Below, piece by piece: positions 51,101 to 64,000 of a DNA stretch of 64,000 nucleotides. The stretch spans positions 9,038,464 to 9,102,463 of the forward strand of contig CM082585.2 in assembly GCA_040954595.2 (NCBI GenBank). Reading direction: 5' to 3'. Each line of letters starts with the position of its first letter. Positions within the stretch are counted from its first letter, which is position 1. The stretch comes from Balanoglossus misakiensis. Lineage: Eukaryota; Animalia; Hemichordata. The notes under the pieces are model-generated. The model was given only the letters and a program-made list of their open reading frames with translations, had not been told where the DNA came from and did not search any database. The position numbers and the translations under genes were made by a program.

Positions 51101-54100
51101 CGCAAAGTCGAAAAATCGTCGATTTTTCAACATTTTCCTGAGCTATAACCCATGGTTTTTTCAAAAAATGACCAAATTTTGAAAATTCGCAAAGTCCAAA
51201 AATCGTCGATTTTTCAACATTTTCCTGAGCTATAACCCATGGTTTTTTTCAAAAAATGACCAAATTTTGAAAATTCGCAAAGTCCAAAAATCGTCGATTT
51301 TTCAACATTTTCCTGAGCTATAACCCATGGTTTTTTCAAAAAATGACCAAATTTTGAAAATTCGCAAAGTCCAAAAATCGTCGATTTTTCAACATTTTCC
51401 TGAGCTATAACCCATGGTTTTTTCAAAAAATGACCAAATTTTGAAAATTCGCAAAGTCCAAAAATCGTCGATTTTTCAACATTTTCCTGAGCCTATAACC
51501 CATGGTTTTTTCAAAAAATGACCAAATTTTGAAAATTCGCAAAGTCCAAAAATCGTCGATTTTTCAACATTTTCCTGAGCTATAACCCATGGTTTTTTCA
51601 ATAAATGACCAAATTTTGAAAATTCGCAAAGTCGAAAAATCGTCGATTTTTCAACATTTTCCTGAGCTATAACCCATGGTTTTTTCAATAAATGACCAAA
51701 TTTGAAAATTCGCAAAGTCGAAAAATCGCGATTTTTCAACATTTTCCTGAGCTATAACCCATGGTTTTTTCAAAAAAATGACCAAATTTTGAAAATTCGC
51801 AAAGTCGAAAAATCGTCGATTTTTCAACATTTTCCTGAGCTATAACCATGGTTTTTTCAAAAAATGACCAAATTTTGAAAATTCGCAAAGTCGAAAAATC
51901 GTCGATTTTTCAACATTTTCCTGAGCTATAACCCATGGTTTTTTCAAAAAATGACCAAATTTTGAAAATTCGCAAAGTCGAAAAATCGTCGATTTTTCAA
52001 CATTTTCCTGAGCTATATAACCCATGGTTTTTTCAAAAAATGACCAAATTTTGAAAATTCGCAAAGTCGAAAAAACGTCGATTTTTCAACATTTTCCTGA
52101 GCTATAACCCATGGTTTTTTCAAAAATGACCAAATTTTGAAAATTCGCAAAGTCGAAAAAACGTCGATTTTTCAACATTTTCCTGAGCTATAACCCATGG
52201 TTTTTTCAAAAAATGACCAAATTTTGAAAATTCGCAAAGTCGAAAAATCGTCGATTTTTCAACATTTTCCTGAGCTATAACCCATGGTTTTTTCAAAAAA
52301 TGACCAAATTTTGAAAATTCGCAAAGTCGAAAAATCGTCGATTTTTCAACATTTTCCTGAGCTATAACCCATGGTTTTTTCAAAAAATGACCAAATTTTG
52401 AAAATTCGCAAAGTCGAAAAATCGTCGATTTTTCAACATTTTCCTGAGCTATAACCCATGGTTTTTTTCAAAAAATGACCAAATTTTGAAAATTCGCAAA
52501 GTCAAAAATCGTCGATTTTTCAACATTTTCCTGAGCTATAACCCATGGTTTTTTCAAAAAATGACCAAATTTGAAAATTCGCAAAGTCCAAAAATCGTCG
52601 ATTTTTCAACATTTTCCTGAGCTATAACCCATGGTTTTTCAAAAAATGACCAAATTTTGAAAATTCGCAAAGTCCAAAAATCGTCGATTTTTCAACATTT
52701 TCCTGAGCTATACCCATGGTTTTTTCAAAAAATGACCAAATTTTGAAAATTCGCAAAGTCCAAAAATCGTCGATTTTTCAACATTTTCCTGAGCTATAAC
52801 CCATGGTTTTTTCAAAAAATGACCAAATTTTGAAAATTCGCAAAGTCGAAAAATCGTCGATTTTTAACATTTTCCTGAGCTATAACCCATGGTTTTTTCA
52901 AAAAATGACCAAATTTTGAAAATTCGCAAAGTCGAAAAATCGTCGATTTTTCAACATTTTCCTGAGCTATAACCCATGGTTTTTTCAAAAAATGACCAAA
53001 TTTTGAAAATTCGCAAAGTCGAAAAATCGTCGATTTTTCAACATTTTCCTGAGCTATAACCCATGGTTTTTTCAAAAAATGACCAAATTTTGAAAATTCG
53101 CAAAGTCGAAAAATCGTCGATTTTTCAACATTTTCCTGAGCTATAACCCATGGTTTTTTCAAAAAATGACCAAATTTTGAAAATTCGCAAAGTCGAAAAA
53201 TCGTCGATTTTTCAACATTTTCCTGAGCTATAACCCATGGTTTTTTCAAAAAATGACCAAATTTTGAAAATTCGCAAAGTCGAAAAATCGTCGATTTTTC
53301 AACATTTTCCTGAGCTATAACCCATGGTTTTTTCAAAAAATGACCAAATTTTGAAAATTCGCAAAGTCGAAAAATCGTCGATTTTTCAACATTTTCCTGA
53401 GCTATAACCCATGGTTTTTTCAAAAAATGACCAAATTTTGAAAATTCGCAAAGTCGAAAAATCGTCGATTTTTCAACATTTTCCTGAGCTATAACCCATG
53501 GTTTTTTCAAAAAATGACCAAATTTTGAAAATTCGCAAAGTCGAAAAATCGTCGATTTTTCAACATTTTCCTGAGCTATAACCCATGGTTTTTTCAAAAA
53601 ATGACCAAATTTTGAAAATTCGCAAAGTCGAAAAATCGTCGATTTTTCAACATTTTCCTGAGCTATACCCATGGTTTTTTCAAAAAATGACCAAATTTTG
53701 AAAATTCGCAAAGTCGAAAAATCGTCGATTTTTCAACATTTTCCTGAGCTATAACCCATGGTTTTTTCAAAAAATGACCAAATTTTGAAAATTCGCAAAG
53801 TCCAAAAATCGTCGATTTTTCAACATTTTCCTGAGCTATAACCCATGGTTTTTTCAAAAAATGACCAAATTTTGAAAATTCGCAAAGTCGAAAAATCGTC
53901 GATTTTTCAACATTTTCCTGAGCTATAACCCATGGTTTTTTCAAAAATGACCAAATTTTGAAAATTCGCAAAGTCGAAAAATCGTCGATTTTTCAACATT
54001 TTCCTGAGCTATAACCCATGGTTTTTTCAAAAATGACCAAATTTTGAAAATTCGCAAAGTCGAAAAATCGTCGATTTTTCAACATTTTCCTGAGCTATAA

Positions 54101-57100
54101 CCCATGGTTTTTTCAAAAAATGACCAAATTTTGAAAATTCGCAAAGTCGAAAAATCGTCGATTTTTCAACATTTTCCTGAGCTATAACCCATGGTTTTTT
54201 CAAAAAATGACCAAATTTTGAAAATTCGCAAAGTCGAAAAATCGTCGATTTTTCAACATTTTCCTGAGCTATAACCCATGGTTTTTTCAAAAAATGACCA
54301 AATTTTGAAAATTCGCAAAGTCGAAAAACGTCGATTTTTCAACATTTTCCTGAGCTATAACCCATGGTTTTTCAAAAAATGACCAAATTTTGAAAATTCG
54401 CAAAGTCGAAAAATCGTCGATTTTTCAACATTTTCCTGAGCTATAACCCATGGTTTTTTCAAAAATGACCAAATTTTGAAAATTCGCAAAGTCGAAAAAT
54501 CGTCGATTTTTCAACATTTTCCTGAGCTATAACCCATGGTTTTTTCAAAAAATGACCAAATTTTGAAAATTCGCAAAGTCCAAAAATCGTCGATTTTTCA
54601 ACATTTTCCTGAGCTATAACCCATGGTTTTTTCAAAAAATGACCAAATTTTGAAAATTCGCAAAGTCGAAAAATCGTCGATTTTTCAACATTTTCCTGAG
54701 CTATAACCCATGGTTTTTTCAAAAAATGACCAAATTTTGAAAATTCGCAAAGTCCAAAAATCGTCGATTTTTCAACATTTTCCTGAGCTATAACCCATGG
54801 TTTTTTCAAAAAATGACCAAATTTTGAAAATTCGCAAAGTCGAAAAATCGTCGATTTTTCAACATTTTCCTGAGCTATAACCCATGGTTTTTTCAAAAAA
54901 TGACCAAATTTTGAAAATTCGCAAAGTCGAAAAATCGTCGATTTTTCAACATTTTCCTGAGCTATAACCCATGGTTTTTTCAAAAAATGACCAAATTTTG
55001 AAAATTCGCAAAGTCGAAAAATCGTCGATTTTTCAACATTTTCCTGAGCTATAACCCATGGTTTTTTCAAAAAATGACCAAATTTTGAAAATTCGCAAAG
55101 TCGAAAAATCGTCGATTTTTCAACATTTTCCTGAGCTATAACCCATGGTTTTTTCAAAAAATGACCAAATTTTGAAAATTCGCAAAGTCCAAAAATCGTC
55201 GATTTTTCAACATTTTCCTGAGCTATAACCCATGGTTTTTTCAAAAAATGACCAAATTTTGAAAATTCGCAAAGTCCAAAAATCGTCGATTTTTCAACAT
55301 TTTCCTGAGCTATAACCCATGGTTTTTTCAAAAAATGACCAAATTTTGAAAATCGCAAAGTCGAAAAATCGTCGATTTTTCAACATTTTCCTGAGCTATA
55401 ACCCATGGTTTTTTCAAAAAATGACCAAATTTTGAAAATTCGCAAAGTCGAAAAATCGTCGATTTTTCAACATTTTCCTGAGCTATAACCCATGGTTTTT
55501 TCAAAAAATGACCAAATTTTGAAAATTCGCAAAGTCGAAAAATCGTCGATTTTTCAACAATTTTCCTGAGCTATAACCCATGGTTTTTTCAAAAAATGAC
55601 CAAATTTTGAAAATTCGCAAAGTCGAAAAATCGTCGATTTTTCAACATTTTCCTGAGCTATAACCCATGGTTTTTTCAAAAAATGACCAAATTTTGAAAA
55701 TTCGCAAAGTCGAAAAATCGTCGATTTTTCAACATTTTCCTGAGCTATAACCCATGGTTTTTTCAAAAAATGACCAAATTTTGAAAATTCGCAAAGTCGA
55801 AAAATCGTCGATTTTTCAACATTTTCCTGAGCTATAACCCATGGTTTTTTCAAAAAATGACCAAATTTTGAAAATTCGCAAAGTCGAAAAATCGTCGATT
55901 TTTCAACATTTTCCTGAGCTATAACCCATGGTTTTTTCAAAAAATGACCAAATTTTGAAAATTCGCAAAGTCGAAAAATCGTCGATTTTTCAACATTTTC
56001 CTGAGCTATAACCCATGGTTTTTTCAAAAAATGACCAAATTTGAAAATTCGCAAAGTCGAAAAATCGTCGATTTTTCAACATTTTCCTGAGCTATAACCC
56101 ATGGTTTTTTCAAAAAATGACCAAATTTTGAAAATTCGCAAAGTCCAAAAATCGTCGATTTTTCAACATTTTCCTGAGCTATAACCCATGGTTTTTTCAA
56201 AAAATGACCAAATTTTGAAAATTCGCAAAGTCGAAAAATCGTCGATTTTTCAACATTTTCCTGAGCTATAACCCATGGTTTTTTCAAAAAATGACCAAAT
56301 TTTGAAAATTCGCAAAGTCGAAAAATCGTCGATTTTTCAACATTTTCCTGAGCTATAACCCATGGTTTTTTCAAAAAATGACCAAATTTTGAAAATTCGC
56401 AAAGTCGAAAAATCGTCGATTTTTCAACATTTTCCTGAGCTATAACCCATGGTTTTTTCAAAAAATGACCAAATTTTGAAAATTCGCAAAGTCGAAAAAT
56501 CGTCGATTTTTCAACATTTTCCTGAGCTATAACCCATGGTTTTTTCAAAAAATGACCAAATTTTGAAAATTCGCAAAGTCGAAAAATCGTCGATTTTTCA
56601 ACATTTTCCTGAGCTATAACCCATGGTTTTTTCAAAAAATGACCAAATTTTGAAAATTCGCAAAGTCCAAAAATCGTCGATTTTTCAACATTTTCCTGAG
56701 CTATAACCCATGGTTTTTTCAAAAAATGACCAAATTTTGAAAATTCGCAAAGTCGAAAAATCGTCGATTTTTCAACATTTTCCTGAGCTATAACCCATGG
56801 TTTTTTCAAAAAATGACCAAATTTTGAAAATTCGCAAAGTCGAAAAATCGTCGATTTTTCAACATTTTCCTGAGCTATAACCCATGGTTTTTCAAAAAAT
56901 GACCAAATTTTGAAAATTCGCAAAGTCGAAAAATCGTCGATTTTTCAACATTTTCCTGAGCTATAACCCATGGTTTTTTCAAAAAATGACCAAATTTTGA
57001 AAATTCGCAAAGTCGAAAAATCGTCGATTTTTCAACATTTTCCTGAGCTATAACCCATGGTTTTTTCAAAAAATGACCAAATTTTGAAAATTCGCAAAGT

Positions 57101-60100
57101 CGAAAAATCGTCGATTTTTCAACATTTTCCTGAGCTATAACCCATGGTTTTTTCAAAAAATGACCAAATTTTGAAAATTCGCAAAGTCGAAAAATCGTCG
57201 ATTTTTCAACATTTTCCTGAGCTATAACCCATGGTTTTTTCAAAAAATGACCAAATTTTGAAAATTCGCAAAGTCGAAAAATCGTCGATTTTTCAACATT
57301 TTCCTGAGCTATAACCCATGGTTTTTTCAAAAAATGACCAAATTTTGAAAATTCGCAAAGTCGAAAAATCGTCGATTTTTCAACATTTTCCTGAGCTATA
57401 ACCCATGGTTTTTTCAAAAAATGACCAAATTTTGAAAATTCGCAAAGTCCAAAAATCGTCGATTTTTCAACATTTTCCTGAGCTATAACCCATGGTTTTT
57501 TCAAAAAATGACCAAATTTTGAAAATTCGCAAAGTCGAAAAATCGTCGATTTTTCAACATTTTCCTGAGCTATAACCCATGGTTTTTTCAAAAAATGACC
57601 AAATTTTGAAAATTCGCAAAGTCGAAAAATCGTCGATTTTTCAACATTTTCCTGAGCTATAACCCATGGTTTTTTCAAAAAATGACCAAATTTTGAAAAT
57701 TCGCAAAGTCCAAAAATCGTCGATTTTTCAACATTTTCCTGAGCTATAACCCATGGTTTTTTCAAAAAATGACCAAATTTTGAAAATTCGCAAAGTCCAA
57801 AAATCGTCGATTTTTCAACATTTTCCTGAGCTATAACCCATGGTTTTTTCAAAAAAATGACCAAATTTTGAAAATTCGCAAAGTCGAAAAATCGTCGATT
57901 TTTCAACATTTTCCTGAGCTATAACCCATGGTTTTTTCAAAAAATGACCAAATTTTGAAAATTCGCAAAGTCCCAAAAATCGTCGATTTTTCAACATTTT
58001 CCTGAGCTATAACCCATGGTTTTTTCAAAAAATGACCAAATTTTGAAAATTCGCAAAGTCGAAAAATCGTCGATTTTTCAACATTTTCCTGAGCTATAAC
58101 CCATGGTTTTTTCAAAAAATGACCAAATTTTGAAAATTCGCAAAGTCGAAAAATCGTCGATTTTTCAACATTTTCCTGAGCTATAACCCATGGTTTTTTC
58201 AAAAAATGACCAAATTTTGAAAATTCGCAAAGTCGAAAAATCGTCGATTTTTCAACATTTTCCTGAGCTATAACCCATGGTTTTTTCAAAAAATGACCAA
58301 ATTTTGAAAATTCGCAAAGTCCAAAAATCGTCGATTTTTCAACATTTTCCTGAGCTATAACCCATGGTTTTTTCAAAAAATGACCAAATTTTGAAAATTC
58401 GCAAAGTCGAAAAATCGTCGATTTTTCAACATTTTCCTGAGCTATAACCCATGGTTTTTTCAAAAAATGACCAAATTTTGAAAATTCGCAAAGTCGAAAA
58501 ATCGTCGATTTTTCAACATTTTCCTGAGCTATAACCCATGGTTTTTTCAAAAAATGACCAAATTTTGAAAATTCGCAAAGTCGAAAAATCGTCGATTTTT
58601 CAACATTTTCCTGAGCTATAACCCATGGTTTTTTCAAAAAATGACCAAATTTTGAAAATTCGCAAAGTCGAAAAATCGTCGATTTTTCAACATTTTCCTG
58701 AGCTATAACCCATGGTTTTTTCAAAAAATGACCAAATTTTGAAAATTCGCAAAGTCGAAAAATCGTCGATTTTTCAACATTTTCCTGAGCTATAACCCAT
58801 GGTTTTTTCAAAAAATGACCAAATTTTGAAAATTCGCAAAGTCGAAAAATCGTCGATTTTTCAACATTTTCCTGAGCTATAACCCATGGTTTTTTCAAAA
58901 AATGACCAAATTTTGAAAATTCGCAAAGTCGAAAAATCGTCGATTTTTCAACATTTTCCTGAGCTATAACCCATGGTTTTTTCAAAAAATGACCAAATTT
59001 TGAAAATTCGCAAAGTCGAAAAATCGTCGATTTTTCAACATTTTCCTGAGCTATAACCCATGGTTTTTTCAAAAAATGACCAAATTTTGAAAATTCGCAA
59101 AGTCGAAAAATCGTCGATTTTTCAACATTTTCCTGAGCTATAACCCATGGTTTTTTCAAAAAATGACCAAATTTTGAAAATTCGCAAAGTCCAAAAATCG
59201 TCGATTTTTCAACATTTTCCTGAGCTATAACCCATGGTTTTTTCAAAAAATGACCAAATTTTGAAAATTCGCAAAGTCGAAAAATCGTCGATTTTTCAAC
59301 ATTTTCCTGAGCTATAACCCATGGTTTTTTCAAAAAATGACCAAATTTTGAAAATTCGCAAAGTCGAAAAATCGTCGATTTTTCAACATTTTCCTGAGCT
59401 ATAACCCATGGTTTTTTCAAAAAATGACCAAATTTTGAAAATTCGCAAAGTCGAAAAATCGTCGATTTTTCAACATTTTCCTGAGCTATAACCCATGGTT
59501 TTTTCAAAAAATGACCAAATTTTGAAAATTCGCAAAGTCCAAAAATCGTCGATTTTCAACATTTTCCTGAGCTATAACCCATGGTTTTTTCAAAAAATGA
59601 CCAAATTTTGAAAATTCGCAAAGTCGAAAAATCGTCGATTTTTCAACATTTTCCTGAGCTATAACCCATGGTTTTTCAAAAAATGACCAAATTTTGAAAA
59701 TTCGCAAAGTCGAAAAATCGTCGATTTTTCAACATTTTCCTGAGCTATAACCCATGGTTTTTTCAAAAAAATGACCAAATTTTGAAAATTCGCAAAGTCG
59801 AAAAATCGTCGATTTTTCAACATTTTCCTGAGCTATAACCCATGGTTTTTCAAAAAATGACCAAATTTTGAAAATTCGCAAAGTCGAAAAATCGTCGATT
59901 TTTCAACATTTTCCTGAGCTATAACCCATGGTTTTTTCAAAAAATGACCAAATTTTGAAAATTCGCAAAGTCAAAAATCGTCGATTTTTCAACATTTTCC
60001 TGAGCTATAACCCATGGTTTTTTCAAAAAATGACCAAATTTTGAAATTCGCAAAGTCCAAAAATCGTCGATTTTTCAACATTTTCCTGAGCTATAACCCA

Positions 60101-63100
60101 TGGTTTTTTCAAAAAATGACCAAATTTTGAAAATTCGCAAAGTCGAAAAATCGTCGATTTTTCAACATTTTCCTGAGCTATAACCCATGGTTTTTTCAAA
60201 AATGACCAAATTTTGAAAATTCGCAAAGTCCAAAAATCGTCGATTTTCAACATTTTCCTGAGCTATAACCCATGGTTTTTTCAAAAAATGACCAAATTTT
60301 GAAAATTCGCAAAGTCGAAAAATCGTCGATTTTTCAACATTTTCTGAGCTATAACCCATGGTTTTTTCAAAAAATGACCAAATTTTGAAAATTCGCAAAG
60401 TCGAAAAATCGTCGATTTTTCAACATTTTCCTGAGCTATAACCCATGGTTTTTTCAAAAAATGACCAAATTTTGAAAATTCGCAAAGTCGAAAAATCGTC
60501 GATTTTTCAACATTTTCCTGAGCTATAACCCATGGTTTTTTCAAAAAATGACCAAATTTTGAAAATTCGCAAAGTCAAAAATCGTCGATTTTTCAACATT
60601 TTCCTGAGCTATAACCATGGTTTTTTCAAAAAATGACCAAATTTTGAAAATTCGCAAAGTCCAAAAATCGTCGATTTTTCAACATTTTCCTGAGCTATAA
60701 CCCATGGTTTTTTCAAAAAATGACCAAATTTTGAAAATTCGCAAAGTCGAAAAATCGTCGATTTTTCAACATTTTCCTGAGCTATAACCCATGGTTTTTT
60801 CAAAAAATGACCAAATTTTGAAAATTCGCAAAGTCGAAAAATCGTCGATTTTTCAACATTTTCCTGAGCTATAACCCATGGTTTTTCAAAAAATGACCAA
60901 ATTTTGAAATTCGAAAAGTCGAAAAATCGTCGATTTTTCAACATTTTCCTGAGCTATAACCCATGGTTTTTTCAAAAAATGACCAAATTTTGAAAATTCG
61001 CAAAGTCGAAAAATCGTCGATTTTTCAACATTTTCCTGAGCTATAACCCATGGTTTTTTCAAAAAATGACCAAATTTTGAAAATTCGCAAAGTCGAAAAA
61101 TCGTCGATTTTTCAACATTTTCCTGAGCTATAACCCATGGTTTTTTCAAAAAATGACCAAATTTTGAAAATTCGCAAAGTCGAAAAATCGTCGATTTTTC
61201 AACATTTTCCTGAGCTATAACCCATGGTTTTTTCAAAAAATGACCAAATTTTGAAAATTCGCAAAGTCGAAAAAATCGTCGATTTTTCAACATTTTCCTG
61301 AGCTATAACCCATGGTTTTTTCAAAAAATGACCAAATTTTGAAAATTCGCAAAGTCGAAAAATCGTCGATTTTTCAACATTTTCCTGAGCTATAACCCAT
61401 GGTTTTTTCAAAAAATGACCAAATTTTGAAAATTCGCAAAGTCGAAAAATCGTCGATTTTTCAACATTTTCCTGAGCTATAACCCATGGTTTTTTCAAAA
61501 AATGACCAAATTTGAAAATTCGCAAAGTCGAAAAATCGTCGATTTTTCAACATTTTCCTGAGCTATAACCCATGGTTTTTTCAAAAAATGACCAAATTTT
61601 GAAAATTCGCAAAGTCGAAAAATCGTCGATTTTCAACATTTTCCTGAGCTATAACCCATGGTTTTTTCAAAAAATGACCAAATTTTGAAAATTCGCAAAG
61701 TCGAAAAATCGTCGATTTTTCAACATTTTCCTGAGCTATAACCCATGGTTTTTTCAAAAAATGACCAAATTTTGAAAATTCGCAAAGTCGAAAAATCGTC
61801 GATTTTTCAACATTTTCCTGAGCTATAACCCATGGTTTTTTCAAAAAATGACCAAATTTTGAAAATTCGCAAAGTCGAAAAATCGTCGATTTTTCAACAT
61901 TTTCCTGAGCTATAACCCATGGTTTTTTCAAAAAATGACCAAATTTTGAAAATTCGCAAAGTCAAAAATCGTCGATTTTTCAACATTTTCCTGAGCTATA
62001 ACCCATGGTTTTTTCAAAAAATGACCAAATTTTGAAAATTCGCAAAGTCGAAAAATCGTCGATTTTTCAACATTTTCCTGAGCTATAACCCATGGTTTTT
62101 TCAAAAAATGACCAAATTTTGAAAATTCGCAAAGTCGAAAAATCGTCGATTTTTCAACATTTTCCTGAGCTATAACCCATGGTTTTTTCAAAAAATGACC
62201 AAATTTTGAAAATTCGCAAAGTCGAAAAATCGTCGATTTTTCAACATTTTCCTGAGCTATAACCCATGGTTTTTTCAAAAAATGACCAAATTTTGAAAAT
62301 TCGCAAAGTCGAAAAATCGTCGATTTTTCAACATTTTCCTGAGCTATAACCCATGGTTTTTTCAAAAAATGACCAAATTTTGAAAATTCGCAAAGTCGAA
62401 AAATCGTCGATTTTTCAACATTTTCCTGAGCTATAACCCATGGTTTTTTCAAAAAATGACCAAATTTTGAAAATTCGCAAAGTCGAAAAATCGTCGATTT
62501 TTCAACATTTTCCTGAGCTATAACCCATGGTTTTTTCAAAAAATGACCAAATTTTGAAAATTCGCAAAGTCGAAAAATCGTCGATTTTTCAACATTTTCC
62601 TGAGCTATAACCCATGGTTTTTTCAAAAAATGACCAAATTTTGAAAATTCGCAAAGTCGAAAAATCGTCGATTTTTCAACATTTTCCTGAGCTATAACCC
62701 ATGGTTTTTTCAAAAAATGACCAAATTTTGAAAATTCGCAAAGTCGAAAAATCGTCGATTTTTCAACATTTTCCTGAGCTATAACCCATGGTTTTTTCAA
62801 AAAATGACCAAATTTTGAAAATTCGCAAAGTCGAAAAATCGTCGATTTTTCAACATTTTCCTGAGCTATAACCCATGGTTTTTTTCAAAAAATGACCAAA
62901 TTTTGAAAATTCGCAAAGTCGAAAAATCGTCGATTTTTCAACATTTTCCTGAGCTATAACCCATGGTTTTTTCAAAAAATGACCAAATTTTGAAAATTCG
63001 CAAAGTCGAAAAATCGTCGATTTTTCAACATTTTCCTGAGCTATAACCCATGGTTTTTTCAAAAAATGACCAAATTTTGAAAATTCGCAAAGTCGAAAAA

Positions 63101-64000
63101 TCGTCGATTTTTCAACATTTTCCTGAGCTATAACCCATGGTTTTTTCAAAAAATGACCAAATTTTGAAAATTCGCAAAGTCGAAAAATCGTCGATTTTTC
63201 AACATTTTCCTGAGCTATAACCCATGGTTTTTTCAAAAAATGACCAAATTTTGAAAATTCGCAAAGTCGAAAAATCGTCGATTTTTCAACATTTTCCTGA
63301 GCTATAACCCATGGTTTTTTCAAAAAATGACCAAATTTTGAAAATTCGCAAAGTCGAAAAATCGTCGATTTTTCAACATTTTCCTGAGCTATAACCCATG
63401 GTTTTTTCAAAAAATGACCAAATTTTGAAAATTCGCAAAGTCCAAAAATCGTCGATTTTTCAACATTTTCCTGAGCTATAACCCATGGTTTTTTCAAAAA
63501 ATGACCAAATTTTGAAAATTCGCAAAGTCCGAAAAATCGTCGATTTTTCAACATTTTCCTGAGCTATAACCCATGGTTTTTTCAAAAAATGACCAAATTT
63601 TGAAAATTCGCAAAGTCGAAAAATCGTCGATTTTTCAACATTTTCCTGAGCTATAACCCATGGTTTTTTCAAAAAATGACCAAATTTTGAAAATTCGCAA
63701 AGTCGAAAAATCGTCGATTTTTCAACATTTTCCTGAGCTATAACCCATGGTTTTTTCAAAAAATGACCAAATTTTGAAAATTCGCAAAGTCGAAAAATCG
63801 TCGATTTTTCAACATTTTCCTGAGCTATAACCCATGGTTTTTTCAAAAAATGACCAAATTTTGAAAATTCGCAAAGTCGAAAATCGTCGATTTTTCAACA
63901 TTTTCCTGAGCTACTCAACCCATGGTTTTTTTCCCAAAAATGACCAAATTTGAAAATTCGGCATAGTCCGAAAATCGTCGATTTTTCAACATTCCTGAGC
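45109..64000. repeat. 87-bp tandem satellite array, ~217 copies, running off the window
   Basis: Monomer cattttcctgagctataacccatggttttttcaaaaaatgaccaaattttgaaaattcgcaaagtcgaaaaatcgtcgatttttcaa, first copy at 45109-45195. Copies are near-identical; the main variants are gtcg/gtcc and homopolymer length changes. Confidence 0.99.

Noticed and set aside
45368-63846. Long minus-strand ORFs (up to 534 aa) of the 29-aa repeat KKPWVIAQENVEKSTIFRLCEFSKFGHFL
   Set aside because: 87 is divisible by 3 and one frame happens to lack stops. The consensus frame has no ATG, there is no unique N- or C-terminus, frameshifts are frequent and there is no synonymous divergence. This is satellite DNA, not a gene.
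45109-64000. CRISPR-like or telomeric interpretation of the array
   Set aside because: There are no variable spacers or cas genes and the context is eukaryotic. Each monomer has only a single TAACCC, with no (TTAGGG)n tract.

Overview
Eukaryotic genomic DNA, probably a marine invertebrate such as a hemichordate or echinoderm (inferred from the CDC20 sequence, short GT-AG introns and ACAT/AGAT microsatellites; not proven). There are three zones. (1) Bases 1-40,500 contain no recognisable coding exons, only microsatellites, a double fold-back MITE-like element and scattered E2F-type and RFX X-box motifs. (2) Bases ~40,600-45,060 hold one intact + strand CDC20/fizzy-family gene with 10 coding exons (515 aa). 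It keeps the C-box, Mad2-binding motif, WD40 propeller and IR tail, but lacks its own KEN box and has several changes in the D-box and KEN receptor surfaces, suggesting a specialised paralog. Its 3'UTR carries CPE-like motifs. (3) From ~45,100 to the end runs a very homogeneous 87-bp satellite (~217 copies) rich in short dyads and A-tracts, starting 50-70 bp after the poly(A) signal. The long minus-strand ORFs in zone 3 are by-products of the 87-bp period.
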